A DNA stretch of 64,000 bases from Macrostomum lignano (lineage: Eukaryota). This document shows, in pieces, positions 13,416 to 63,781 of the stretch. The first letter of the stretch is position 1; every line of letters starts with the position of its first letter. The notes beneath the pieces were generated by a model. It made no database searches, had not been told where the DNA came from, and was given only the letters and a program-made list of their open reading frames with translations. The stretch covers positions 481,795-545,794 of the forward strand of contig NIVC01000543.1 of assembly GCA_002269645.1 (NCBI GenBank). The letters are read 5' to 3'. The position numbers and the translations under genes are program-made.

Positions 13416-13842
13416 CGTGCCTTGAGCTGCAGTATGCACATCAAGTGAGAGTTGCAGTCGCCACTTTCTGCATGATGCCGTCGGCTGCTGTAGGTTATGT
13501 TCAACTTCTAATCTCTAGACTAAGTACTCTTGAGCGTACTGTAACATTTTCATCAGTATTAGTTAATTAACTGCCATGGGTCCCCAACTCAGGACCCGTG
13601 TTGACTGAGCTGATTGAATAAGCAGATTGACTTCTTGGCTTCTGGCGGGATCGCCATCCCATTTTGCCAGCAAATATTGAATTGGCTGGCATGACTTCAT
13701 ACTCAACGGCGGCTTGAGTTGCTTGCAGTCGTTTGCTTTGTAATTAACCTGCTATCAAAGCTTTCAGAGGCCTGCGTCAAACAGAAGTCAGTCGGATTGT
13801 CTGATGGGTATACTGGGGTATACTGGCATTGATGTGCTACTA

Positions 13843-14518
13843 CTGTCGCCCTCTGTCTACCATTACCACTGTCGCCCTCTGTCTACCATTACCACTGTCG
13901 CCCTCTGTCTACCATTACCACTGTCGCCCTCTGTCTACCATTACCACTGTCGCCCTCTGTCTACCATTGCCACTGTCGCCCTCTGCCTACCATTGCCACT
14001 GTCGCCCTCTGCCTACCATTGCCACTGTCACCCTCTGTCTACCATTGCCACTGTCGCCCTCTGCCTACCATTGCCACTGTCACCCTCTGTCTACCATTGC
14101 CACTGTCGCCCTATGTCTACCATTGCCACTGTCGCCCTCTGTCTACCATTACCACTGTCGCCCTCTGTCTACCATTGCCACTGTCGCCCTCTGCCTACCA
14201 TTGCCACTGTCGCCCTCTGCCTACCATTGCCACTGTCGCCCTCTGTCTACCATTGCCACTGTCGCCCTCTGCCTACCATTGCCACTGTCACCCTCTGTCT
14301 ACCATTGCCACTGTCGCCCTATGTCTACCATTGCCACTGTCGCCCTCTGCCTACCATTGCCACTGTCGCCCTCTGCCTACCATTGCCACTGTCGCCCTCT
14401 GCCTACCATTGCCACTGTTGCCCTCTGGCTACCATTGCCACTGTAACCCTCTGTCTACCATTGCCACTGTCGCCCTCTGCCTACCATTGCCACTGTCGCC
14501 CTGTACCTACCATTGCCA
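13843..14518. repeat. 26-bp minisatellite, reverse complement of 11055-11845
   Basis: Unit ctaccattgccactgtcgccctctgc, about 26 copies. Confidence 0.95.
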
Positions 14519-15032
14519 GAGCTGTCAGAATGAGAGTATTTTGCAACTCAAAATTTCTACTTTCCACCTTGTTGAGCGACCCCGTTGCATCGAGCATTCT
14601 TGCATGCACGTCAATCACTGGCGGTTAAAAGCGAACGCACTTATAATTTAGTTGTACTCTTAGAAAGTCTATTAAAACCTGTCTGCCAGTCCTCTGCGTT
14701 CAACCTAGCAACCCGGGGTCTAAACAGCTCTGACTGTCAGGTCAGCAAGGCGTGTCCAGCTGCAAAGTCAGCGGCTGCATCGCGTCTTTGTTGGCAGCAT
14801 TGTTGCCAAGCTGGGAGAGGCTTGCTCTCCGGTGTGCGATGGGGACAGATCGGAAGGGCTTGAGGGACAAGGTGAGGGCAGGCCCGATGAGCGAAGGAAG
14901 CGGGCACTGAGCTACAGTCACCGCCGATTCACCGCCTCACTGCAAGATCCCTGTTCTCGTGTTGACAGTTCCGGTCACGTGGCTTCCGGCCAAGATGCGG
15001 CTAGGGTGCAGCTTTTAATGAGTCGTAGCGTT

Positions 15033-15296
<264 letters not shown>

Positions 15297-15994
15297 GCTC
15301 AGCAGCTGCCCCAGACTGAGGACGCCACTCCATGCCAGCAATTGGGCCAGCTGCTGCAGCCAATGGGAGCGGCACATCAAGCGCAAGCGAGAAGCAGAAA
15401 GCAACAAAGCCAGCTTCCCCAGAAATCGAAGCAGAGATCCCGTGGCTCCTCCCTGAAAAAATCCCCCATTTTCCTTTTAGCTCCCTGAAAGCAACACCTG
15501 TAGCTACAGGCATCAGAGCACGCGGAATTTCACCGGCGATTTGCTTTAATCACCCGAGGTCAAAGCAACTCGCGCCAAAACAGCTCCAGGAGCTGCTTCA
15601 AGGCCGAGAAGTCAATAATCGGGTCAAGTAATTGATTTTGAATCCGATCGCAGACCGAGCCGAATGCCAGACAGCTGAGATTGCTGAGAACTCCAAACTG
15701 AGCGAAATTCATTTCCGTCAGCTCGTAGAGACAGCCCGGCAACTGAGCTGCTGCTCGAATGTAAGTCCCAGCGCATCTCCCTAGCAACTAATACTGAAAT
15801 TGGCAAGTCTTAGTTTGAATGGAATAAATTCTTGTTTTGGACCCGACTTACCAGATAGCTTGGATTTTTGCTTAAATTTCTAATTTTCAGCTGAAATTGT
15901 GAATTTTATTGTTAGGGAGACAGTTTTTGTTTGCGCTGCGCTTTACAGATTGCAAAAGAGGTTTTGCATAAATTTTTGGTTAATCAGCTATAAG

Positions 15995-16790
15995 TAGACT
16001 GCATCTAATAGGAACGGTAGACTGCATCTAATAGGAACGGTAGACTGCATCTAATAGGAACGGTAGACTGCATCTAATAGGAACGGTAGACTGCATCTAA
16101 TAGGAACGGTAGACTGCATCTAATAGGAACGGTAGACTGCATCTAATAGGAACGGTAGACTGCATCTAATAGGAACGGTAGACTGCATCTAATAGGAACG
16201 GTAGACTGCATCTAATAGGAACGGTAGACTGCATCTAATAGGAACGGTAGACTGCATCTAATAGGAACGGTAGACTGCATCTAATAGGAACGGTAGACTG
16301 CATCTAATAGGAACGGTAGACTGCATCTAATAGGAACGGTAGACTGCATCTAATAGGAACGGTAGACTGCATCTAATAGGAACGGTAGACTCTCTCTAAT
16401 AGGAACGGTAGACTCTCTCTAATAGGAACAGTAGACTGCATCTAATAGGAACGGTAGACTGCATCTAATAGGAACGGTCGACTGCATCTAATAGGAGCGA
16501 TAGACTGCATCTAATAGGAACGGTAGACTCTCTCTAATAGGAACGGTAAACTGCATCTAATCAGAACGGTAGATTGCATCCAATAGGAACAGTAGACTGC
16601 ATCTAATAGGAACGGTAGACTGCATCTAATAGGAACGGTAGACTGCATCTAATAGGAGCGATAGACTGCATCTAATAGGAACGGGAGACTGCGTCTAATA
16701 GGAACGGTAGACTCTCTCTAATAGGAACGGTAAACTACATCTAATCAGAACGGTAGACTGCATCTAATAGGAACGGTAGACTGCATCTAA
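15995..16790. repeat. 23-bp minisatellite
   Basis: Unit tagactgcatctaataggaacgg, about 34 copies. Confidence 0.97.
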
Positions 16791-18186
16791 TGGCAGTGCA
16801 ATAGAATTCTGGTGTCAATGCGTGCTTGTTGAAATTCAAGACAGCAGGTGCTCTGCGCCATCGGCCGCCCGTCACACCCTGACATTCTCAGCATATCCGC
16901 TGTAGAAAAGCTTGGGCGGCAATTCCAGTAGCCATAAAATTATTATTGTTGAATAATTTGCGCACACGGTGAGCACCATTAAGCTGCAGACTTCTGCAGG
17001 CGGCGGCAGCGGTGGTTAAAGTTCATGCCGGCGAGCCTTCCTGACGTCTTCCTTCCCTGCCATTCCGCTAGCTGTCACAGGCGTTTGTGGAAAAAAATAA
17101 ACTCCCTTCAGGACTCATTGAGATTCCACACTCCGCTCTTCAAGCCAACTGTCAGCTACTCAGCCAGCCGTCCGACCGGCCTCCCCAACTCTTTTATGCT
17201 TGCTGCTTCTATCAGCAGAAGACGCGGCTTGGCCTGGCTTTAAATGCTTCTGCACTTGGCTAGAATAAGTTGAGCTCAGAGATTCAATTTCCGGCCCAGA
17301 TTCTGCTCCTTTATCCCAGTCTGTTTTCACCCATTCCCCGCCTGTCTCTGCCGTCCCGTGCGGTCCATCTCTTCAAGGACTTCTTTCACAAACGATTATT
17401 CCAAATTAATAGAGAAAAAAAATATTGAAGCTTTCATTATTGAAACACTAATTCAGGGTTTGTACACAGAAACATTGACCGGGGAGTTCTCGTGTTATTC
17501 ACACCAATGAGGGCCAGTCCTCAAAAGTACACAGAGAGTACGTGCCTGACGATTCGAAAGTCAGGACTGCTGTACACCCTATGTGAGCGAGTGCATGAGT
17601 ACATGCCCGTGTATTCGGTGCTCAGGAGTCAGCGGAATTTCCGATAGCTTGCCACCTTGGTGCTTTTTTCGCGTCAGACACTATTTCATATTTTGTATCT
17701 ATGGTGATCCTCAGACTGAGACACCTGGCACTTTGATCCCCAACTGGATAGCTATGGTTTACGCATTACCCAATCTCACAATGTCAATAGATCCAGATCT
17801 GCTTCAACATTGACTCTATCGAGAAGAAGCCACCAGGAAATTGCTTGGACCAAATCGATTGATTGAACAAACGGGCTCTTCTGTAGGGGGGGGGTCTTAA
17901 ATTTCCAGTAGAATTTATTGACGAGATGCCTGTCAGATTTTTTTCTCGTGAATTTTAACTGCCGATTTATTACCTGTTGGAATCCAGATAGTTGCAAGTT
18001 ATTTACAGTGTCCAGAGTGTAATCTTCTTCTAATGGAATAGAAGTAGACACTGGACCAGATTCAAGGTGACCAAGCTGCGTACTAACCGTAACCAAGTCT
18101 CTTAAAGCGCGGTTGTGTGCAAACCTATTTGTATATCTTCCTGCATGGTGCATTTTGGTAGAGTTCATCTGCATATAAATGGTTGA

Positions 18187-18895
18187 TACTCTAACTCTAA
18201 CTCCTCTAACTTGAGTAGTCCCTGCTCCTCTAAATTGAGTAGTCCCTGCTCCTCTAACTTAAGTAGTCCCTGCTCCTCTAAATTGAGTAGTCCCTGCTCC
18301 TCTAAATTGAGTAGTCCCTGCTCCTCTAAATTGAGTAGTCCCTGCTCCTCTAACTTGAGTAGTTCCTGCTCTTCTAACTTGAGTAGCCCTGCTCCTCTAA
18401 CTTGAGTAATCCCTGCTCCTCTAACTTGAGTAGTCCCTGCTCCTCTAAATTGAGTAGTCCCTGCTCCTCTAACTTGAGTAGTCCCTGCTCCTCTAACTTG
18501 AGTAGTCTCTGCTCCTCTAACTTGAGTAGTCCCTGCTCCTCTAACTTGAGTAATCCCTGCTCCTCTAACTTGAGTAGTTCCTGCTCCTCTAACTTGAGTA
18601 ATCCCTGCTCCTCTAACTTGAGTAGTTCCTGCTCCTCTAACTGATTAGTCCCTGCTCCTCTAACTTGAGTAGTCCCTGCTCCTCTAACTTGAGTAGTCCC
18701 TGCTCTTCTAACTTGAGTAGTCCTGCTCCTCTAACTTGAGTAATCCCTGCTCCTCTAACTTGAGTAGTCCTGCTCCTCTAACTTGAGTAGTTCCTGCTCC
18801 TCTAACTTGAGTAGTTCCTGCTCCTCTAACTTGAGTAATCCCTGCTCCTCTAACTTGAGTAGTCCCTGCTCCTCTAAATTGAGTAGTCCCTGCTC
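18187..18895. repeat. 24-bp minisatellite
   Basis: Unit taacttgagtagtccctgctcctc. Confidence 0.96.
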
Positions 18896-20464
18896 CAGCC
18901 GGACTCGATGGCGCTAACTCGATTTCGCCAGATCTCCCAGCCACTGCCCCTCTGATAGCCTTTGTGCAACGGCAGCTCTTGGACGGAGACACAGCCTGGC
19001 CTGGCAACAAAGGCGACTAGGAGGACCGAACAAATAAGATTAGCAAGGCAAAGCGAGAGAGAGGGAGCGAGCCGAGCCAAAGAGGGGGGGGGGAATTAGT
19101 CGGGTAGCTGTTGGGATCAAACAAGTGAGGAGGGAATGATTTTGCCAGTGGACGGCTTCAGTCTTCAGTGACGCGGGGAGCCTTCATTAGCCAAACGGTA
19201 TAGCTGAGTCGCGTGGATGCTCACAGAAAGCTATTTTGGCAAGCTAAAATAAGTGAGGTGAGAGCGCTCTGTTTACCAGGTGCAGCTGTGAAGTGGGTTA
19301 CGTCAGGAATTGGAGGTGATTTAGTTCTATTTTTTAGTTTAGTTCTTAGTCACTATTTTGGTGTCATCAATAACCTAAAAATAGATTCGGTACACGAATT
19401 CCAGTCTACAAGGTATTCCAAAACCTGCCTTAACTAAAAGCCTGAGACGCAGAAACGTGAGCGCAGTTGTTTAAACAGGGGATACTCGACAAGCTTAAGT
19501 CTTCCTAACGAGCAATAGTCAGCAACCCCGACTGACCACACAGTTCTTGAAGTCCTTTAAAGACTCTTGAGGTCTCTTTGCTGACTTTTCAAGTTAAAAC
19601 TGTACACAGCCGCCCGCTAGATGTAGATGCATAACAGCAACAACAAAATACGCTGTCAGTCACTGGGTGCGCCTCTGGACATGGTCCGCAGCACCTCCTG
19701 CACCGGCTCCTCCTCCTACGACTCGGCGCGGATGAAGTCGCCTGCCAGCTGGAGTCGCCGGCGGCGAAACAGGCCGTTTTGACGGACCAAGCGATGGAGT
19801 GCCGATCTTGAAGACGACACGCAGCTGGTCACGGCAGTTTGAACGACTCTGTCAGCTGGAATGGCTTTGCAAAGCAGACGTGAAGATGTTGAACACCTTG
19901 CTTGAGTCTTACCTTGAGATTGGCAGCGGAAGGCACCACTTTTACACAAAATGTTTTAAACCAGTGTGTCCCAGTGCAGTGTGCAGTATGACTACGAAAT
20001 TTTATTAGTTGCTGGAAGGCGAAAAATCGATTTCCACAGGCGATTCGGGTTGTAAAAAATTGGAGCAGAAGATAGTCGGAGCAGGAAAATGAAATCAGAT
20101 CGAGACGGCCCGGCCCCACCAACAGGCAACTCCCCGGTAGTGCTTGTGGCTCGCCCAGCGCCGCTTTCCTGTTTGCATGGGCTTTCTTCTCTATGGGAAA
20201 TCTTCAACTCGGAAAGCGTAGGAAAGATTCGACTGTAAATCTGGGCTCGTTACCATGCGAGTCCCGCCCCCCTCCAATCCCATTCGGCGTGTTTACTCTC
20301 TCTCTCCACTACCAGCACGGTCGGGTCGGGCAACTGACGCACTGAATTATGCAAGCGGGCTTCATATGAAACAAAGAAGAGCGACCGCCTCTAGTGCCAG
20401 CTGGGTAATCAGATGCGCAGAGTCGGGTGGCTTTTCTGCTTTCGGTTTTCTTCGGTTGTCTTCT

Positions 20465-22083
20465 TGTAGAAAAAATACTAAACTAAAGACTAGAGAGTTA
20501 CTTGGAGTTAAATTGAACCTAAGATAAGCCAGTAAGTGGGCGCAGGGCCCAAACAAGTATATTTATACCAGACATTAACTTAGGGGGTTTGAATTGCAGA
20601 TAATAAAGAGAGGGGTGGAGTGCGCGACTGAGGAAAGAGGCGAGAACGGAGAGCCAATCAGAACGCAGCAAGGGAGAGAGAGAGATAAGAATAACAAGAT
20701 TGAGCTGGACAGAGAAGAGAGAAAACAGAGTAAACAGAGACAAGTGAAGGTGAACTAAAGAAATGACTAGGAAAGTCGCGACACTCCCCCCAAAAAATGG
20801 AACATTTTGAATTTTCGAGTACCATTACCAATTGAAATTAATGAGTTAGAATTAGGTCGAATTAAATTGAAAAACACATTCACAATAAATGGTGTATAAA
20901 ACGATTTGAAAAATACATAATGACTAAGAATTTGAATACAAAAACAGTAGAGCGAATGCAAAATATTTAGACCGAATTTTAAACTTAGATTTTTATTGAG
21001 TAGTTTTTGAACCAATGAGAAGACTGAAAAGACTGAATATATCCGCCTTCCCCCCTAAAAATTAATTTAATTTTTTACATTGTGACTACATGGTGAAAGA
21101 AAAAATTGAATGACGAATTAACGAATTGACGATGACGAATTATGAGCGAAGAGACGATTTGAGCGAAGAGACGATCCGGCAGGCGAGCGAAGAGACGATC
21201 CGGCAGGCGATGAGCGAAGAGACGATCCCAGGCCGAAGAGACGATCCGGCAGGCGAGCGAAGAGACGATCCGGCAATTTGAGACGAACGAGCGAAGAGAC
21301 GAGCAGGCGATGAGCGAAGAGACGATCCGGCAGGCGCGACGATCCCCGAGCGAAGAGACGATTGAGCGAAGAGACGATCCGATGAGCAGACGATCCGGCA
21401 GGCGAGCCCCGCGGCGCCCCGGCAGAGAATTGGAAACCGAGAGAGACCGAGGACACCGCAGGACGCACCCCCGGCAGACGATGAGCGAAGAGACGATCCG
21501 GCAGGCGAGCCCTGAGGTGCCCCGGCCGAGAATTTGAGACCGAGAGAGACCGAGGACACCGCAGGACGCACCCCCGGCAGACGAAGCGATGAGGCCGACA
21601 GACGAAGCGATGAGGCCGACAGACGAAGCGATGAGGCCGACAAACGAAGCGATGAGGCCGACAGACGAGATGACGAGATGACTGGTGGAGGGTTACGACT
21701 ATGACGATGGCATGGCCTTTGCCAGCCTTACTGAATTGACTTAATTATTTTTCATTGGGCGCCATGTAGAAAAAATACTAAACTAAAGACTAGAGAGTTA
21801 CTTGGAGTTAAATTGAACCTAAGATAAGCCAGTAAGTGGGCGCAGGGCCCAAACAAGTATATTTATACCAGACATTAACTTAGGGGGTTTGAATTGCAGA
21901 TAATAAAGAGAGGGGTGGAGTGCGCGACTGAGGAAAGAGGCGAGAACGGAGAGCCAATCAGAACGCAGCAAGGGAGAGAGAGAGATAAGAATAACAAGAT
22001 TGAGCTGGACAGAGAAGAGAGAAAACAGAGTAAACAGAGACAAGTGAAGGTGAACTAAAGAAATGACTAGGAAAGTCGCGACA
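20465..22083 (-). mobile_element. Complete non-autonomous LTR retroelement (TRIM/LARD-like), 1619 bp
   Basis: Two 319-bp TG...CA LTRs (20465-20783, 21765-22083) with no difference seen; 5-bp TSD CTTCT; minus-strand PBS TGGCGCCCAA directly after the 5' LTR; PPT GGGGGGAG abutting the 3' LTR; interior of short repeats, no pol. Confidence 0.93.
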
Positions 22084-23629
22084 CTTCTAGTGCTGCCCTG
22101 GTGTGAATGCTCGGAGCAGAGTACCGGCTAAGTACAGAGTTGTTTTGAAGCTCAGCCAACCCGCCAGGGATGACGCAGAATTTTATCTATGTGAAACAGA
22201 ATTTCTGCATCTAATAAGCAAAATTAGGGATTAAAACAAATATTGAATTGAGGCCTTCAGAGCGACCTGTCGGCGACTCCCGATGGCAGGCCACATCATC
22301 TGCGCCGAGTCGCACCGCCTGCATGACGCTGCAGGCAACTTATCGGCGAGGACATTCGGAGTTTCTGCCTGCTGACTGACGCCGGCGCCTAGGACTCAGT
22401 AGACTTCACGGCTATTTTAGTTTCTGTTGGATGGAGGCAGAGTTTGAGAAGTTTTCTCTGGTCGCGTAGCCAGAAATCATTATTTTTCCAGTGCGATCAC
22501 CGATTGCAACCAGCCGAGGACTACTTAACGATATCAAAATTCGTCCTTGGTTGCAACCACGAGCTGACTACTCCAGGAGTGTGCTTTCACTCAAGTATCA
22601 AGCCAGGGGCAACCGATGCTCACTAGCGAGTGTTCTGGGTGAAGACTGACATGTTTATTGAGGGCAGGGCATTGCAGACGCCAGTCCCATCCCATGCCGT
22701 TTATTAAAAGAACTGCAGCTCTGTCAGATCTATCCCGTAGTCCGGCGCAGGGTCCCCGGATGCAATAAGACGGAAAATAAATAGGATCAGGGATTGCTTT
22801 GGGGGGTTTTCTTCAGCAGCTTTGTCGCCCGCATTAATGGAGGCCGGCTGTGCAAGCAGGGCATTGGGGCGCAGCTTGAGACAGCGCGATGGCAGACTGG
22901 GGAGACTGGGGAGCAAGTGATGAAGGATGAGCACGGACTAAAATGGGGTAGGTAGATCCACCGGTGCATTGGCGCAGGTATAGGGAAAGGCGGATAGGGA
23001 GCTCACAGTGTGACGGAGTCTGGGAAGCGAAGGTAAGAGGTTGTGGCTAAATCTGAGCAAGAATAAAAGGAAACACATTGAAGAGGCGGTGCTCCCATCT
23101 GCCACCAGTCCAGCTAAGCAGAAGCAGATGCTGCTAGGAAGCTCTCAAGAACGAGGCTGGTGAGCAAATAGTTGATATTCTCCGTCCGTGCGGCTGTCAC
23201 ATCTCCAGGAGTCGGGAAGTGGCCCATAGGAGCATGTTCATTGGGCAAACACACTGCCGCGAGCTTGAATGTGCCGATATAAACTGCGCGTTGCTATCCA
23301 TCCATCCGTTTCTGTCGCCCCGAAGGATTCGTGAATAATACGGGGCAGAAATGACTCCCAGCCGACCCTCGCATTCGGGTCGATGCGCTTAGCAGAGGGG
23401 CGAGGGATTCGTTGGGCCAGGTAAAAATAATTTCAACTATTCTCTAAAATAAGCCAAAGCAGCAGCTCCCAAATAGTATCCCTGTTTGCGAAGTTGCTTT
23501 TATACTGCTGACAGGCATGGAAAATGACTCGTTAAATTTTGCTTTTGACTGGCAATCAGCGCCCCCTTTATGGAGCCAATAAAGAATGGAGTAAAAATTT
23601 TTTAATCAACTAAATTTTGTTTTTGAACT

Positions 23630-24210
23630 CTAAGCCTTGACATATCAGCAATTCCCCTGTAAGCCTTGACATCTCAGCAATTCCCCTGTAAGCCTTGACA
23701 TATCAGCAATTCCCCTGTAAGCCTTGACATATCAGCAATTCCCCTGTAAGCCTTGACATATCAGCAATTCCCCTGTAAGCCTTGACATATCAGCAATTCC
23801 CCTGTAAGCCTTGACATATCAGCAATTCCCCTGTAAGCCTTGACATATCAGCAATTCCCCTGTAAGCCTTGACATATCAGCAATTCCCCTGTAAGCCTTG
23901 ACATCTCAGCAATTCCCCTGTAAGCCTTGACATATCAGCAATTCCCCTGTAAGCCTTGACATCTCAGCAATTCCCCTGTAAGCCTTGACATCTCAGCAAT
24001 TCCCCTGTAAGCCTTGACATCTCAGCAATTCCCCTGTAAGCCTTGACATCTCAGCAATTCCCCCTGTAAGCCTTGACATCTCAGCAATTCCCCCTGTAAG
24101 CCTTGACATCTCAGCAATTCCCCCTGTAAGCCTTGACATCTCAGCAATTCCCCTTGTAAGCCTTGACATCTCAGCGTTTCCCCCCTAAGCCTTGACATCT
24201 CAAAATTCCC
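23630..24210. repeat. 29/30-bp minisatellite
   Basis: Unit taagccttgacat(a/c)tcagcaattcccc(c)tg with polarised variants. Confidence 0.96.
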
Positions 24211-26649
24211 CAAACAAAATTAGTTAACAAAATTCCCCTGCTCGCAAGCCGGCTAGCATTAGTATGGCTATATTAATAAATTGATATAATTATAATTACA
24301 AACATTCTACTTTAACAAATTATATAGGACTTAAGGAGCCAATTTTTGTATTCTAAAAATTGTTGAAATATCGAGCCAAGCTGCATCGTGCTTAGCGGCC
24401 GCTTTTCATTTTCAGAACAGAGGAGGTTCCCTCAAATAATTCCGTGCCTCATTGACTTCATTCATTATCAGGATTTCGTATTGCTCTTTTAGTCCGCCAG
24501 AAGAAGAAGAGCGTGTTACATGCTTTGCTTGGCATACAGAATAGGCATATTTTCCTTTTACTAAGAAAATCATTTTCTAAGTTAGCTGCCCGAGAGCCCT
24601 CCACAAACTGGCCGAATAGGCATGCAGCTGCCCACAGAAAATGCATTATGGAGGGACAACAAGGAAGACTCGAAACTACTTGAAAGTGCAATCCAGGCGG
24701 CATCTCCGCCCGCTCCCGCATGCGGGCCAGCGAGAGTGTTTAAGGGGAGGAACAGGCGGGCTCTCGGGGGCCAGCAACTTGCGTGTCCTCTCGTCTACTC
24801 GAGGCAGGGGGGGGGACTCGGGGGAGTTGGAGCCACTTCGAATCCTTCGGCAGCTGCGGCTGCGGCTTCATCCAAGAATTCTAATCGCGAGCCGCGGCCC
24901 TGGAAGAATTGGAAACGCCGGCCAGGGGAAAGGCGGTTCAGGGGGCGCCGCATTCCGGCCTTTTTTTCCATAATGGGCGGCAGGTTTTGCAGTTCGGGCC
25001 TCAGCTTTTAGCCGCCTTCTCTCCCGACATGCCGCTCCTCCTCCTCTCCTCTCCCTCCTCTCATCTCCTTCCTCTCCTCTCCCACGTGGGCCGCCCCCCA
25101 TCCGCGCTCAGTTTGATTGCGGTGTGCAAAAATGCAATTACTGATCAAGCTGGAGAGAGCGAAGAAGGTATGCGAGTGAACTCAGCCTTAGGGGGCCGGG
25201 CGGGGCGCCAACGAGAGTTGGGAGAGTCTGCTTAGGAAACTGCGGCTTACAGTTCCCGTCTTCTCTTTTCTGTACCTAATTTTTTTTAGTCAGTGGCAGG
25301 ATTGCTCGCATGCTTATTGCTTGGACTCTAAAAAATAAATGCAATAGCTGAAGAGAGAGAAAGGGGTAGAGAGAGAGAGGGAGCAGCGGGAGATGCCGGT
25401 AGGAGACTGAAACCTTCGTGAATTTATTCCACCATATCCGCGTGCATGCATGACTGAGGACGCAGATTGGCCCGCATCTCCCCGTGCCTCTGCAATGATG
25501 GCTCCAGTGCGGTGCATTTTTATTAGCAGGTTTGGGGCAATCATTTATTCTGCCTGGGGCCGCTCGGGTGCCTGTTTGCATTGTAAATGCAGCCCGCGGC
25601 ATCCCCAACTAATTTGCGCGCATCTCAATTTTTCATCGTTTTCGATTTCTCTGCGCTCTTCTTTTAACCAGCCAGCTGGTTGAATTCCGTGACTGGGAGC
25701 TCGCGCGGACCGTCGCAAGCGGATTAAGCTGACAGCGATTGTCGTGTGTCGAGATTAAACCAACAACTCTCAAGCTGATTAGGGAAAAGTAAAGAAAAAT
25801 ATAAAAAATGAAAACTCAATCCCACAAAAAGTGTCCACTCACGCGGAAGGCAAGCAGTGAGTGTTTGATTTGGTTTTTTTGTAATTTTTCATTTTCCTTC
25901 TAGAAGGACCACCAGAAGCTTTCTGGCTTTTGACAATGGAATCAGTTTTGCTGATTCTGCCGTAGTCACAATGTCTGGCTGATTTTTAAATCAAATTCAG
26001 TTACATTTTTATTGAACTGTTTTTGAGCCCCTTTTTATTCTCTGCTGGCAGATACAAGAAGCCACATTCCATGACGCATTCTCGGCAGGTAACTACCTAA
26101 CCTACTTTTGTAACCAACTGGTCAGAGCTTTGCAGGGACTTCTGCATGACGGGTAAACTCGATTTTAAAACGCTAAATAAATCCATATTCACCAAAATTG
26201 AAAGATAAATACGAGATGGAAATCCAAGTTATGCTGAGAAACTTCGTTGAAGTCTGATTTCCTGAGTATTTGCTTGTAGGAGCACACTATTGAAAGGTTT
26301 CTTTACGTTATTCCTATTTCCAAATATTGTTCAGATGTAAGAGTTCGGCTTTGGAACGAGTACACTCTGTTAAATCACTCTGAATTGTGAAATTAGGTTC
26401 GCTAACTAAATGCAGATGGTGACGGCTCTTATATATCAAGGTGACGCATGTCGATGTCTATGGGTAAAAGGGTGTTGCATAGAAACTTGACAGTAACCAC
26501 CACAGGGCGGTAAATTACAAACTCTGAAATACCATAACCATAACAAAATCTCAATAGCCTTCGCGGGACCGAAACCCGAACCCGAACCCTAACCCTAATA
26601 CGAGAAAAATGATAGCTGGATAGGAAAAGCATAATTTAGGCTTAATAAT

Positions 26650-27009
26650 GGGGGCCGTAGCCCAGCGGTAGCGCAGCTGCTCTGGTGTGCCAGCGACCCA
26701 GGCTCGATTCCAAGTGCAGTCACATTAATTTGGGGCTGATTGGAATCTCGGCTTGGCTCTGCTCGTGCAATTAACGGCCTTGAGAGCCAACCCCCCAAGG
26801 GCAGTGAAGTGTACATGCCTAACGATAATATAAAGTTAGGGCCGCTGTACACTCCTGTGTGAGTGTGTGCCTGCGTACGTATCCGCGCGCTTGTATGCCT
26901 GCTCAGGGAGTCGGCGGAATGGGCAGTAATGCCTCTCGCCGGTTGTGTGCCTATGTCGCTTAAAGTGCGCCAGGGTGCACACAACCCCCCTGCCTGTAAT
27001 AAAAAAAAA
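26650..27009 (+). mobile_element. tRNA-derived SINE family 1, full-length copy
   Basis: Head GGGGCCGTAGCCCAGCGG (A box)...GGCTCGATTCC (B-box-like), poly(A) tail, 13-bp TSD TAGGCTTAATAAT (26637-26649, 27010-27022); second copy at ~56464. Confidence 0.9.
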
Positions 27010-27309
27010 TAGGCTTAATAATTCCTGTTCTGTTTAACTACCACGGCGGTTTTTCCCGAACGTAAGTCGATAAGCTTGTGAAGCCGCGCAACACAGAGGC
27101 ACTTTTCCTCCTTGCAGGCGACTTCCCTCAACCCGGCCGGCGCCACCTGACTGCGGCGTCGCGGTAGCACCGAGAACGGCGTCGTCGAAGTCGGCCTCCG
27201 CAGCAGCAGCAGCCGCCGTAGTCGGAGCGGCGAAACCGGCGCCGCTGGTCGCTGAGTCGGACGCATCGACAAGGCGATGAGGCCGGCCACCGGTGCCACG
27301 GCGACCACC

Positions 27310-63781
<36,472 letters not shown>

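Noticed and set aside
15995-16790. CRISPR-like appearance of regular 23-30 bp repeats (also 23630-24210)
   Set aside because: Head-to-tail units with no unique spacers, no cas genes, eukaryotic context.
19680-20000. GC-rich protein-like minus-strand segment (RRRRLQLAGDFIRAES*EEEPVQEVL)
   Set aside because: Internal stop and no recognisable homology; kept only as part of the low-confidence hidden-gene hypothesis.
26566-26598. Telomere-like cccgaa/ccctaa run
   Set aside because: Only two true CCCTAA units; too short to call an interstitial telomere.
26650-26725. tRNA gene (also 39894-39965)
   Set aside because: A/B boxes are present but the cloverleaf is incomplete and continues into a repeated body; these are SINE heads.
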